A stretch of DNA of 64,000 nt from Octopus vulgaris (GCA_951406725.2 OX597837.1:2108001-2172000), one strand, 5' to 3'. Positions 38,691 through 51,689 are shown, numbered from the stretch's first letter. Notes: generated by a model not told the origin, from the sequence alone. Translations and numbers: made by a program.

Positions 38691-39939
38691 AGCATTTCTA
38701 TGGATTTAGAAAAGCTTGAAAAAATTCTGAATATCTCTTGTAGCTCCTGTGTGGGGAAAGACATCTCTGGTGTTTATTCCACCTTTTTATTTCACGTCGC
38801 CTTCATGTATTAAGCCAGCATGGTTACGAATATTTCACGATCCGCCCCCGCCAAAGATATAATGGAAAATAGTGCCTTTCACACACAGCAAACGAATAAA
38901 AAATAAGGCATTTTGGTTGCATAGCGAAATATTAATATCGATCATAAACAAAAGAAAACGGTAATGTTTTAACACTCACTTTGAAATCCCTTGTCAAAAT
39001 ATGGTCAATGACGTCAAAAACAATATTATCATCATCAACAACATCAACACTAAACACAGTTTGCGTAGGCGTAATTTTTCATGAAAAAATAAGAATAACA
39101 AAATGCTATTTTTTGCGAAACTTTCTTTTGAACAAAAGAAGAAAAAGCAAAATGGAAGCTTTTACCAAAATGACTGAAGTTTGGAAGCATTTTGAAGATA
39201 ACAAACACCAGTCCACCATAATTCACGCCAGAAACTTGTGAAAGGGTGAAGGTTGTCTACAGTTTGCCATTTCGAGAGCAGGGTTTTCCTTTTTCGACTA
39301 AAGTAAAGATTGAGTCAGTTCTGCGAGATATCTTCAGTGAAATGTCCTTTAATAGGAGAGAAACGGTGTATGTATGGCACTAAAGGTATCATCTTTCAAA
39401 CAGGCTTAAATGCGAGCACAAATTTCGTGTGACTTAACCAGCCACTAGCTAGTTCTGCATTTTCCAGGAAACGGAGAGATAAAGGGTGACTGTAAGATTC
39501 ATCAGTTTCGACGACCAATCCTTTTGTGGCACATTATTAGCAGAAAAGATTCGGCCATATATAGCTCGGGAGTATCAGCACGAACAAATATGGTTGTATG
39601 GCCCCACCAGAACAAGCAGAAACTCGTTTCCTATAGAGGAGAACCTATCTCCCTTAAGAAGGAATTTGTACTTTCTTTAAATGAAGACTGGGGAAGATAT
39701 AAACTAATATTTCCCATATCATCAACTTCCAGACGAAGTATGACTTCTGGAAGGAAATAGGATCACATTTTTAAATGGCATAAGGTGGACAGAAAATTAG
39801 CACAAACCATATTCCACAATTTCACGAAATATGGGCCTCTTCTTGTCCACATTGTAACCCCAAATCTTCTCACTGAATATACTGGTCTCTCCGGCAATGA
39901 ACAATGTAGGAAGTGGAGAGGTTACACACGTTCGGATTT

Positions 39940-40101
39940 AAATGCAAATCATCTTTTCATTATACGGGTTTCACTAGTATACTTAAATCTCAGAATCTCT
40001 TGCTGCCAGTGAATTAAACATGTGAACGCAATCTTAGGAGTTTCGATTTGCAAAAAAGAAAAAAAAATATAGGGTATCTTGTGATGAAGATTTCGCCATT
40101 T
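39940..40101. repeat. ~162-bp direct repeat, copy 2, ending in a hairpin
   Basis: Matches 38005-38167; followed by the inverted arm 'tggcgaaatattcatca' (40104-40120). Confidence 0.92.
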
Positions 40102-40359
40102 GTTGGCGAAATATTCATCATCATCACCATGTTCGGTTTTAAATGTTCTGCGTTTTATTAACCTTTATCTTTAAAAAAAATATTCTGTGCAAACATTTGT
40201 AAATCTATTTTATACATCTTTAATTCGTCCAGTTATATTTTATATATTTTCCCCTCGTTCGTGTATTTTTATAGAACTACGTACAACACTGCACATCTTT
40301 GATAACTCTTTTCATGAATGGTCTTTGCCCTCGTGTCCGTGTCACTGATAAATATTATT

Positions 40360-40960
40360 GCGAGCTGGTAGAATCGTTAGCATGTCGGACAAAATGCTTA
40401 GCAGCATTTCGTCCGCCCTTCTATTCTGAATTCAAATGCCGCAGAGGTCGACTTCACCTTTCATTCTTTCGGGGTCGACAAAATAAGTACCAGATGAGCA
40501 ATGGGGGTCGATCTAATCGACTTATTTCTTCCTCAAAATTGCTGGCCTTGTGCCAAAATTTAGAAGCATTATTATTATGGGTGGTGGTGGCAGTGGTGGT
40601 GTTTGCTTTTCATCCTTTCGGGGTCGATAAATTAAGTACTAGTGAAACACTCGGCTGGATGTACTCGACTCATCTCAACCCCCAAAATGGCTGCTCTTGT
40701 AGTAAAATTTGAAACCATCATCATCATCATTATTATTATTATTGAAGGCGTCGAGCTGGCAGAATCGTTAGCACGCCAGGTAAAATGCTAAGCGGCATTT
40801 CATACGTCCTTACGTTCTGAGTTCAAATTCCGCCGAGGTCGACTTTGCTTTTCATCCTTTCGGGGTCGATGACATAAGTACCAGCTACGCACTGCGGTCG
40901 ATGTAATCCACTTACCCACTCCATCGAAATTACTAGCCTTGTGCCTTTACTAGAAAGGAT
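40360..40960 (+). mobile_element. Three consecutive SINE family A copies/fragments
   Basis: Copies at ~40360-40565, ~40600-40715 and ~40745-40960, each with a 'tttcat(c/t)ctttcggggtcga' core. Confidence 0.82.
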
Positions 40961-41309
40961 TATTATTAATTATTATTGTTAATTATTATTATTATTATTT
41001 TATTTTTATTATCATCATCATCATCATCATCATCACAATCATTCTTATGTGTAGCATATCCTTAAAACTATCACCATCATCATTATCACAAGCACCACCA
41101 TGATAACCGCCGCCGCTGAGTCGTCGCCGTCGTCGTCGTCGTCGTCCCGGTAATTAGTATTATAGAGGGAAGCCATGAATTCATTTAAAGATCTCCCGCC
41201 AAACAATTAGTCTTTATTATGTTCCGCTCTCTGTAATTGTTCCGCCATATTTTGGAACCAAGCAACGAAGATGATACTCTATTGTGTGGCACACTTTACA
41301 TTAACTGGA

Positions 41310-41312
41310 CCG

Positions 41313-41346
<34 letters not shown>

Positions 41347-41905
41347 TTTTTCTTCTTCTTCCATTTCTTCAGTCTTTCTCTTTTCGTCTCCATCGTTAAC
41401 AAACCCATCACCTTCGTCATACCTATCGGCAAAATTATCAAGAGCATTCTTATCATCATCACCACTATCGTCACCATTATCGTCACCACCATCATCACCA
41501 CCAGTATCACCACCATCAACATCACCACCATCAACATCATCAACATCATCATCAACATCAACATCATCGAGATCAGCATCAACATCAGCATCAACATCAC
41601 TCATCATTATCGTCTCCGTCGTCGTCGTTTTGGGCATAGTCATTCGCCATCTCCACCTTCTTCTGCACCCCAGCTACATCATCATCCTCATCATTATGCG
41701 CCAATTCATTCTCCTCCATCTTTTCATCATCATCACCACCATCCTCATCATCATCATCAGCACAAACCGTATAATAATCACTTTCATTAAAATCATCATC
41801 GTTATTATCATTATCATTACTGTAAATATTATTATTATTATTATTATTATTATTGCTGTTGTTATTATCGTCAACCTCATCATCATCACCATTATCATCA
41901 ACATA
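41310..41905. repeat. Degenerate (CAT/ATT)n low-complexity tract
   Basis: Direct reading. Confidence 0.85.
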
Positions 41906-42111
41906 AAAACTTCGATAGAATAATAATGCTTCCTTGTAGTTCTCGTTTGCAAAATAATGATTGTATATTTCTTCGTTATGTGTATATACCTCTAACACTC
42001 GCAGACATATACATACATACATACACACACATATATATATATATACATGCATATATAAATACACATGTATATGCATATATATGTGTATGTATATATATAC
42101 ATACACACATG

Positions 42112-42162
<51 letters not shown>

Positions 42163-42173
42163 GTATATATAAG

Positions 42174-42209
<36 letters not shown>

Positions 42210-42211
42210 TG

Positions 42212-42254
<43 letters not shown>

Positions 42255-42320
42255 GCATACATACATATATATATATATATACAAGAATACGAATAATAAT
42301 ATATATATGTATAATTACAG

Positions 42321-42387
<67 letters not shown>

Positions 42388-42690
42388 TATCGCTATTGTA
42401 TAGTGTGTTATTGAAGCTCCCGGTTCCATTGTAAATTAAAATCAGTCAATAACTGAAAATTGAAAACCAGTCACTGCGACGGTGGAAGTTTGAAATTTAC
42501 TGTAATTGCGAACTTCCCCTCATCCGTGCACACGCAACTTCATATAGTCATAATAAGAGATACGCAACCACATATATATGCAAACACGCACACACACAGT
42601 TATATATCTACATGAAGATATATGCAAATATATAAAATTGTATGCATATATATACACCAAACACACACGCTCACCCATACACATATATAA

Positions 42691-42730
<40 letters not shown>

Positions 42731-42739
42731 CCATATATA

Positions 42740-43260
42740 TTCTTTTATTGCTTTGCTTGTTTCAGTCATTTAACTGCGCCATACTGGAGCACCGCCTTGA
42801 AGGGTTTTAGTCGAATAAATCCAACCAAGAACTTATCTCTTAAGACTAGTACTAATCCTTTCACTCTGTTTTGCCGAACCGCTAAGTTTCGGGGACATAA
42901 ACATACCCAAACCGGTTATCAAGCGGTGATGGGGGGGATAAACACAGAAAGACACATGCAGATATATACATATTTATATATATACATATATATAAATTAT
43001 ATATACATATGACTATATACACACACAAATATTTTATTAACTTTTATCTGTTACACGTTTCAGGTATTGGATTGCGGCCAAGCTGGGGCATCGCCTCGAA
43101 GGCTTTAGTTCAGTCAATCAAGTTGACAACAGTATTTTTCTTTTTTTCTGTCTTAAGACGGCTACTTATTCTATCGGTCACTTTTATTGAACCGCTATGA
43201 ACCGGGCAGCTTGAGGAAATCGTTGCGGTTTACCAAGCGTTTGTTCTGGGGGAACAAATG
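42740..43260 (-). mobile_element. Two SINE family B tail fragments
   Basis: 'tgtttcagtcatttaactgcgccatactggagcaccgcc' at ~42758 and 'ttgcggccaagctggggcatcgcc' at ~43072. Confidence 0.7.
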
Positions 43261-43334
43261 CAACATAAACGCATACACACACAACCACATACATACATAA
43301 TCACAGGCGCGCGCGCACATACGCAGAGAAAAAT

Positions 43335-43900
43335 CAAAATGCCCATTGATGTACCTCTGTATGAGTACAAACCTTATATATAAATGTACTGTGCACACAA
43401 GGGGAGCTTTATATGATTACATTGGGAAAACGGTTGATTCATTTAAGAATTGTTATCGCAACCTTGTCGCCAGCTTCACGAGAATCAATAAGAGACATTC
43501 AACATCTTTGGCCAATTTTGTGTGGCGACTGAAGGGAAATAAAATTAAGTATAACATAACTTGGTCTATAGTAAGGCACGCAAAACCATATACAATCCCT
43601 CGACTATTTTATTATAGATGCAAAACAACACCACAGAGGAATTGACGTAAGCTTTAATAATAAACCGTGATAGGTGGACCGTGATAAGTAAACCGCGACA
43701 TGGTATGGGGTTACTGTAATATACTTTGCAGAAGATGCCGACACTGCTCCGAAGAATCCCTGTCTATTCTGTGGGCCAATGAGAATATCACCAATAGAAT
43801 TTCTGAAAGAGTCTCAAAATGCGCACGTGCATATAAATGTACTTTCGCACAATACAGAGGGAATGAATGAGTAACTGTTAACATAATTTACCTTAAGGTA
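43335..43900 (+). mobile_element. Penelope-like element GIY-YIG endonuclease fragment with probable 3' pseudo-LTR
   Basis: ORF 43346..43645: 'CMSTNLIYKCTV...YIGKTVDSFKNCYRN...STSLANFVWRLK..IKYNITWSIVRHAKPY', same EN type as the element at 18400-20100. Confidence 0.82.
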
Positions 43901-44479
43901 TGGATGAATTAAGTTTAGCTTTAATGTTCCCATTCTTGTAAACACCATGTAGCTAGTTAACTCGCAATGTGAACGTGTGTACACCAAACCACACGTGTGC
44001 GTATGGAAACATCGTGGATGCTTTTATGAGCGAGTGTACATGCGCCATGCAGCTTACGCGTGGGCGTTTATACATCCGTATCCGTTAACGGCTATTTTTA
44101 ATACATTTCTCGCTGTATTGCCTGTTCGTTTCTTTTTTTTTTTTTTTTGCATCTGTTATTTTATTTTTGAACTTCCATATAAATGAAGATATATCCTTTA
44201 ATTTGCTGCTTTCCTTCACAAGAAATGGGAAGATACATTGCGGAACCGTTATTTTAACGAGTTATATCTATTTATCACCCAAACAAACACATCTGCCTGT
44301 CGGATGCCCCTGAACAAATTTAGTATCTCACCCGTGAGAGACCAATGCTAGATGTGTCGAAACAATTGCAGAGATTAATAAAAAAAATTACGTTTCTTCC
44401 ATCTTTCATGTACTATATATATATACATATACGTGCATAAACACACACACACACACACAAACATATGTCCTTTCTATCA

Positions 44480-44685
44480 TAGGAAGAATGCCTAAAATTT
44501 GAGGTGAGAGGGTCAGTCGATTACATCGAGTCCAGTACTTGAGTTGTACTTGTTTCCTTCGACCACGAAAGGATGAAAGGCAAAATCCACCCTCAGCGGA
44601 ATTTGATCGCAGAAAGTAAAAGAGGTCGAGATGCTGCTAAGCATTTTGCCGAGCGTGTTAACGATTCTGCCAGCTCGTCGCCTTC
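44480..44685 (-). mobile_element. SINE family A
   Basis: 'gaaaggatgaaaggcaaaatc...taacgattctgccagctcgtcgcc'. Confidence 0.8.
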
Positions 44686-45191
44686 ATGATATCAAGAATA
44701 GTAACGACGATGATGATGATGAAGATGATGACGACGACGATGATGATGATAGCGATGATGATGACGACAACGACAATGATCACGAGGATAACAGTGACGA
44801 TTTTGTTTTTAAAAATCGAAAAAGGTAAAAATAAAAAGAAGCATTGAGATGAAATTAAAAACAAACAATAAATAACAGGGAATGACTGGTAAACAACAGT
44901 AAACAATGAACGCCAACAATAAACAATGCTTTCTTTCTTAAAAAGCATTGCAAAGATTAGAATTTTAGAGAATAATCATAATTTAATTCTCTTCCTCTCT
45001 TGCCAACTCTTCCCTCTTGCTTTCCCTTTCTTTCTGTTTATCTCTTTCTCTCTCTCTCTTTCACTCTCCCGCTCACTCCCTCTCTGTTATATAAGACGTA
45101 TATCCCACGCGGTAGCTAAATTATCTACTGATGAAATGCACTCCATGACCTTCATATTACAGCAAACTTTCGGGTCATGTTCCCAAGAACG

Positions 45192-45250
<59 letters not shown>

Positions 45251-45264
45251 GATGATGATGATTT

Positions 45265-45655
45265 TAAATTTTTGCCACGGACAGCTTGGGGTAGGGGATT
45301 AAGTCGATTGCATGGACCACAGTGCGTAACTGGTACTTAATTAATCGTCGCCGAAAGGATGAAAGGCAAAGTCATCCTCGGCGGAATTCGAACTCAAGAA
45401 CGTAAATACGGACGAAATGCTAAGCATTGCATCCGGTGTGCTAACGATTTTGCCTGCTCGCCGCCTTCATGAATAATAATCCTTTCTACTATGGGTACAA
45501 GGCCTGAAACTTTGTGGGGAAGGAGACTAGTCAATTACATCGACCCCAGAAGAATGAAAGGCAAAGTCGACCTCGGTGGAAGAATTTGAACTCGGAATGT
45601 AAAGACGGACGAAGTACCGTTAAGTATTTTGCCCGATTGTGCCAGGTCGCTGCCT
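45265..45655 (-). mobile_element. Two tandem SINE family A copies
   Basis: 'gatgaaaggcaaagtc...gaattcgaactc' in ~45265-45468 and 'atgaaaggcaaagtcgacctcgg...gaatttgaactc' in ~45480-45655. Confidence 0.8.
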
Positions 45656-45800
45656 GAAGAAGAAGAAGAAGAAGAAGAAGAAGAAGAAGAAGAAGAAGAA
45701 GAAGAAGAAGAAGAAGAAGAAGAAGAAGAAGAAGAAGAAGAAGAAGAAGAAGAAGAAGAAGAAGAAGAACAACAACAACAACAACAGCAACAACAACAAA
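45656..45800. repeat. (GAA)n followed by (CAA)n microsatellite
   Basis: Direct reading. Confidence 0.95.
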
Positions 45801-46189
45801 AAGAACAAAAAAGAGAAAAAGAAGATTTTCTACCCAGCACGTAAAAGACAAAGATGCACTGCAATTCCTTATATTTGCCACAAGGGCATCCCATGAGATA
45901 ACATTACAAGTACAAGTTGGCAATTTGTGTAGAGATTTCCATAAAAGATCAGATGGAAATAAAGAGGATGGAATACTTAATATTCAAAATATGTGAATGC
46001 ATGGTGTATGCAGTCCTCCTTACAGAGGAGATCCTCTAACTAGGGCCAATCAAAGAACCCCACAGACCAAAGAGCAGCCTGACTACCAAGGACACGGCCC
46101 CTTATTCAGTTGTTCTCCAATCTACAAACAAGCTTATAGTTGTTCTATTCACCCAAACTAAGTTTTACTACCGTCACCCCCACCTGTTG

Positions 46190-46370
46190 ACTAATTCACT
46201 ACCAGGGTCCAATTCCTTGTTGAAATCACTTTTATTTCCAAATAGAATCTGCAAAAGTCGATGAGGAGTTGAGTAAAGAGAAAGAGGTTTTCCTCAATCA
46301 TTTCAGTTTCGTCCACACCACATCTACTTTTGCCACAGTCACAATCGAAAAGGGCTTGAAGAGGTAAAAA
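46190..46370 (-). mobile_element. Possible Tx1-like LINE 3' remnant
   Basis: Minus strand 'VDVVWTKLK' then 'LFTQLLIDFCRFYLEIKV', loosely paralleling 13520-13945. Confidence 0.35.
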
Positions 46371-46614
46371 CAATCCGAAACTCTCACTAGGGGTTGCAAA
46401 ACAATAAGAAGTAACGTGAGGCTATAGAAATATACCACGTTTACATATTAAGGAGAAAAGGGAGCTGGATATCAAATAATATATGAGAAATGAATCATTA
46501 TATCAAGGCTCAAAGGGAAGCGATATATATATATATGTACCTGTGTATATAAGTATACGTATCTAAGTGTATAAATGCGAGTCTGTGAACCTATGCATAT
46601 ATGTATGTAAGTAT

Positions 46615-46800
46615 ATGTGTTTGTCCTCCACCATCGTTTGACAACCGATGTTGTCTTTACATCCCTGTAACTTAGCGGTTCGGCAAAAGTGACCGATAGG
46701 ATAAGTACTAGGCTTACAAAGAATAAGTCCTGGGGTTGATTTGTTCGACTAAAGGCAATGCTCCAGCGTGACCGCAGTCAAATGACAAACAAATGAGAGA
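46615..46800 (+). mobile_element. SINE family B tail
   Basis: 'acttagcggttcggcaaaagtgaccgatagg...gaccgcagtcaaatgac'. Confidence 0.8.
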
Positions 46801-46824
46801 ATAGTACATATATATATGTATATT

Positions 46825-47490
46825 CTTTTATTCTTTTACTTGTTTCAGTCATTTGACTGCGGCCACGCTGGAGCACCGCCTTTAGTGGAGCAAATCGACC
46901 CCAGGACTTATTCTTTGTAAGCCTAGTACTTATTCTATCGGTATCTTTTGCCGAACCGCTAAGTTACAGGGACCCAAACGCACCTACATCGATTGTCAAG
47001 CGATAATGAGGGTCAAACACAGACACAAATGTACACACACGAAGTAAACACTCATAGACTTACATTATTTACATTATTTACATTCGACAGATATTTGCTA
47101 CATCCTCATCTTGTTTGTTGTTAACGTTTCGGCTGATAAACCCTCCAGCCTTCATTAGGTGTCTTGGGAATGAGAACCCAGGTTCGAAATTTCCCTTAGG
47201 CACCTGATGAAGGCTGGAGGGTATATCAGCCGAAACGCTGTGTTTACAAGTAGACGAGGACAAATATCCATCAAATCTAAATATAAATAATGTACATAAC
47301 TACTCATCTCTTAAATATAGAACTGTACTCGTGGATTTATACGACGGTCTTCTTTCAAATCCTCTCAGAAGGCTTTGGTCGGCCCGAAGCTATAGTAGAA
47401 GACACTTGCCCAAGGTGCCACGCAGTGGGACTGAACCCGGAACCATGTGATTTAGAAACAATCTTATTATCACGCCACCACAACTGTGCC
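46825..47490 (-). mobile_element. SINE family B split by a fold-back HHR element
   Basis: Tail at 46825-47035, head at ~47340-47490; unrelated palindrome inserted in the internal microsatellite. Confidence 0.8.
47061..47326. mobile_element. Fold-back element with an HHR motif in each arm (PLE pseudo-LTR-like)
   Basis: Arms ~47061-47170 and ~47191-47294. Plus arm: ggcac CTGATGA a ggctg..cagcc GAAAC gct gtgtt (47199-47244). Minus arm: gacac CTAATGA a ggctg..cagcc GAAAC gtt. Confidence 0.8.
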
Positions 47491-47615
47491 TATATGTATG
47501 AAATCTTCACGTTTGTGAATTGTAATACTTCACTCGAGTAATACGCACACGTGTTGTGCAAGATTTTTTATGTGAAATCGTGTGTTGAAACAAATAAGAA
47601 GAAAAAAAAGGACAA

Positions 47616-47772
47616 TTGATGCGGTCACAGGAGAGTGACGAAAGAACTCTGGTCGAAATAAGATTAAGATTAATGTAATAAATAAATAACACTGAAGCAA
47701 AATAACACCAAATATATAGTGCGTGTGTTTTTATTGGCTAAACTGGCAAAATGACCATTCCGAAATATAACC
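47616..47772 (+). mobile_element. Pseudo-LTR-like fragment with degenerate HHR
   Basis: TTGATGC g gtcac-aggaga-gtgac GAAA gaactctg GTC; the distal ~80 bp recurs at 10672-10752; ends at (TA)n. Confidence 0.5.
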
Positions 47773-47791
47773 ATATATATATATATATACT

Positions 47792-48013
47792 TTATTTAAA
47801 AGCAGCAGAAAATATAACAAAAGGTGTTACTCAGTTTCACGTTCCCGTTCATCGGACAGTTTTAACAAAAAGTGTCCGATGAACGGGACCGTGGAACTCT
47901 AAGTAACAGCTTTTGTTATATTTTCTGTTGCATTTAAATAATGCATATTACTCTACCTCTTGTTTTTGAGTACTATTTTTTCCACATTGTTTCATATTTA
48001 TGTGCTTACTCCA

Positions 48014-48015
<2 letters not shown>
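47792..48015. mobile_element. Fold-back element with an HHR-like motif in each arm
   Basis: Arms 47792-47863 and 47868-47941. Minus: tgt CCGATGA acg-ggaa-cgt GAAAC tga GTA aca. Plus: tgt CCGATGA acgg-ga-ccgt GGAAC tctaa GTA aca. (TA)n on both sides. Confidence 0.75.
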
Positions 48016-48058
<43 letters not shown>

Positions 48059-48604
48059 TGTGTGTGTGTTCTCTGTACCAATGTCTAAGTATCGCCGTGT
48101 ACCTCTCCATGTTAAACAAAAGAATTTAACGATTCACTTTGACTTAACGCGAAACAGATACGTCACACGTGAAAATGTTACGAAATTTAAGCAACGAAAG
48201 TGGAGACGGTGCATATTAGGAGTCTAGCATATTAATAGAGAGGATTAAAGGAAATTAAAGACGTAATTAGAGCCGAAACAGATGAAGTTAATGAAACGTA
48301 TATAAAAAAAAAAGATACAATGAGCGTAATTACAAGTGTAAATGCGAAGACAAGTTTATAATTATTAGAGTAAAATTAGATAATTGTAATAAAGATAATT
48401 AAGAGGTATAAATTTACTAAAGGTTATTAATATTGATAGGTTGTATAAGAATGTAATTATTACTGATTTTGTATGTTAAAAAATGTGAATATAAAAAAGT
48501 ATATGAAAGTATAAAAATGTGAAATTAGTAATATCGTGAAGAATGTTCGTTCGTATTCCATTAGATGGGGTTAGATCAGTGTGTGTGTGTGTGTATACAT
48601 GTTA

Positions 48605-48850
48605 TCCTTTATTTTCTACTTGTTTCAGGTATTAGGCTGCAGCCATGCTGGGGCATCGCCTTCAAGAATGTTCTTTAGTCCAATGAATCGACCCCAGTTC
48701 TTAATTTTTTTTTGGGGGGGGTCGGTGTCGAGGTTTACTGGCTAGGCCTGGTACTTAATCTATCGGTCTCCTTTGCCGAACCGCTAATGTTACGAAGACC
48801 ACGCCGATTGACAAGCGGCGACACATACACAAAGACACACACACACAAAC
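48605..48850 (-). mobile_element. SINE family B tail
   Basis: 'ctgcagccatgctggggcatcgcc...tctatcggtctcctttgccgaaccgctaa'. Confidence 0.7.
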
Positions 48851-48926
48851 ACATATAGACACGCACATATATATATACATATGTACGAAGGTTTATTCAT
48901 ATATATACTGTTATTATTATGATTAT

Positions 48927-48989
<63 letters not shown>

Positions 48990-49109
48990 ATGTATGTATA
49001 TGTATGGCCCTGTTTAGTTTTATTTCAAGATTTCTCGCCAATAGAGAAAGCGCCGGTTTCTAACCTAGATCCAAGCTTGCTTTACTGGGATTTCAACATC
49101 AACAACAGG

Positions 49110-49340
49110 GTATTTGGAAAGAGAGGAAAGAAGCGAAGGGTGGCTGCGCGTAGGATGGGGAAAGCAGCACAAAAAGCCTCTTACTGATTATGGAACAGGA
49201 GAGAGGAATTGAGCTGGAAGACACGAGGATAGGAGGAGCAGTTAGATGGCCACCCCTGCTGACCCACCGATGGGAGGATGTTACGGCTCAGGATCGAAAC
49301 ATCCGATGGTGTTGGATATGATCTGGTGACATCAATTCCT
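49110..49340 (+). mobile_element. HERO-like RLE retrotransposon extreme 3' end
   Basis: 'RRVAARRMGKAAQKASY*LWNRREELSW' followed by a 3' UTR stem 'ggatgtt...aacatcc'. Confidence 0.65.
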
Positions 49341-49454
49341 CTTGACCAAAACTATTCATTCTGCTGAGTAGAAAAAACGCGCCTCCTTCTAGGTGGTGTC
49401 AATATTTAAGTATATACACTCACCTACACGCATGCATATAAATACATTGGTATT

Positions 49455-49822
49455 CGAGGCACTCCGTCGGTAACGACGACGAGGATTCCAGTTGATCCGA
49501 TCAACGGAACAGCCTGCTCGTGGAATTAATGTGCAACTGGCTGAGCACTCCACAGACACGTGTACCCTTAACGTAGTTCTCAGGAAGATTCAGCGTGACA
49601 CAGTGTGTGACAAGGCTGGCCCTTCGAAATACAAGTACAGCAGAAACAGGAAGAAAAAGTGAGAGAAAGTAGTGGCGAAAGAGTAGAGGAAGGTTCGCCA
49701 CCACCTTCTGCCAGAACCTCGTGGATCTTCAGGTGTTGTCGCTCAATAAACACTCACAACGCCCGGTCTGGGAATCGAAACCGCGAGTCCACTGCCCTAA
49801 CCACTGGGCCATTGCGCCTCCA
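49455..49822 (-). mobile_element. SINE family C, long variant
   Basis: Reverse complement of the 36432-36810 type; head 'ggaggcgcaatggcccagtggttagggcagtggactcgcggtttcgattccc'. Confidence 0.88.
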
Positions 49823-49944
49823 CACATGGATATACATATACACACACACAGTACAACTTACTTTTGCCGTCACTTGAGCAAATCTGCCAAGCTGCCATTC
49901 TTGTCTACTTTTGCTTTTAATACTTTCTTTATTTTCGTGTCTTG

Positions 49945-50090
49945 ACGTTCTGAATTCAAATTCCGCCGAGGTCGACTTTGCCTTTCATCCTTTCGGGATC
50001 GATAAATTAAGTACCAGTTGCGTACTTGGGTCGTTCTAATCGACTGACCTCTCCCCAAAACTTTCGGGCCTTGTTCCAAGAGTAGAAAAG
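49945..50090 (+). mobile_element. SINE family A 3' half
   Basis: 'ttcaaattccgccgaggtcgactttgcctttcatcctttcgggatcgataaattaagtaccagttgcg'. Confidence 0.85.
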
Positions 50091-51029
50091 AATACTCTAT
50101 TTATATATTTATTTCCGTCTTCGCAAAGGAAAATACACAACGTTAACCTCACCCACCACCAACACTGCCATCATTTTCACCATCACCACAACCACCATCA
50201 TCATCATCATTATCATCATCACCATCATATTCCTTATTACAGAAGTTTTTGAAAGAAAATCCCATCCTCTTTATGGCGGTGATGAACTTGATTTAAGAAT
50301 AATAACGAAAAATGAATGACAAAAAATATATTTATGTAAAAAAAATGTGAAGATGAAAAAAGATAACAAGAAAACAAATAAGAAACAATCTATTAAAAAC
50401 GATAGAAGGGGGGGGAGTATTTAAAAAATTAATTATTCATTAGAATGGCGGTATCATTTCGCTCTTCTTTCTATCATTTTATTAATTTATTCTTTTATAT
50501 TACTTTTGCTTTTAAAGGCAGCATGCCATGGATCGCTTCCGGGAGACATATTCACCTTATTCACATATACACAGCAGACATTTATATACAAAAACGAATT
50601 TTAAAAAAATTATTTTGATTACTGGCGGGGTTTTTTTCCTTCTTATTTTGTGTAACTATTTCTTTGGTGGGGAGGGTCTATTTTATATTTGAAGCTTTTA
50701 TTTTCTTTGAATTTTTTTTTCTATAGGCATTGATGGTAAAAACAAAATTAAATAGCAATTTTCTCTATGAATAAATATATTTTGTGTGTGTGTTAGTATT
50801 TATTTGACTTTCTAACCGGTTTCAATCCGTGTTCAGATATTGCCATAATAAAGCAGCATCTAATATCACTTTCTACATCTTTGTATCCCATAAAATATAA
50901 ACGTAAATTCTAATGTCGTACGAAGAGAGGAAATCTGACCAAATGGATGAAGTGGAACATCAATGCAAGGGACATGTCATCTGTGTGATATTTAGGCACT
51001 ATCTGCACTGCGAATAGTGTGTGTGTGTT

Positions 51030-51072
<43 letters not shown>

Positions 51073-51479
51073 ATTTATCTTTGTGTCTGTGTTTGTTCCC
51101 CACGAGCGCTTGCTGTGTTTACGAATCGATATAATACGTAGCAGGCTTAGAAAAAGACTACGGTCGATTCTCTCCAGTAAACATACTTCAAGACCCTTCC
51201 CCAGCATGGCTGCAGTCTAATGATTAAAATAAGTAAAGTATAAGAAGATATTTAATAAATAGTATACCGTTTGTGTAGTTAGGTGTACGACTGCGATCGT
51301 TGAGTATAGAGCTCAACATAGATTATCATCATCCAGTCTTTCTCCTGAAGTTTTACTGGTTATGATATACAGAGCAAAGGTAATTATTATATACAGAGCA
51401 AAGAGAAATCAGTTGCGGTCGATTTGCCTGCTAAATAGTAGCAGCTAAATCTCCCTCAAATAAAACACTTCATTCTGTC

Positions 51480-51521
<42 letters not shown>

Positions 51522-51534
51522 AACATATATTAGC

Positions 51535-51680
51535 ACTCGGCTGGTTACGACGACGAAGGTTCTAGCAGATCCAATCAACGGAACAGCCTGCTCGTGAAAT
51601 TAACGTGCATGTGGCTGAGTACTCCACAGACACGTTTGTCTTAACGTTTTTCTCAGGAAGATTCAGCCTGACACGGAACG
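51535..51680 (-). mobile_element. SINE family C 3' fragment
   Basis: 'tcaacggaacagcctgctcgtgaaattaacgtgc...ctccacagacacg'. Confidence 0.8.
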
Positions 51681-51689
51681 CGACCTCCT

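Noticed and set aside
38005-40101. LTR retrotransposon
   Set aside because: No TSD, PBS, PPT or gag/pol motifs seen; kept only as an unexplained direct repeat.
41237-41952. Ser-rich or Asp-rich ORFs (biomineral-protein-like)
   Set aside because: Decayed (CAT)n repeat open on both strands; similar tracts are scattered through the window.
49275-49335. Ribozyme in the HERO-like 3' UTR
   Set aside because: GAAAC and 'ctggtga' are in an order and pairing that fit no HHR topology; only a simple stem-loop is supported.
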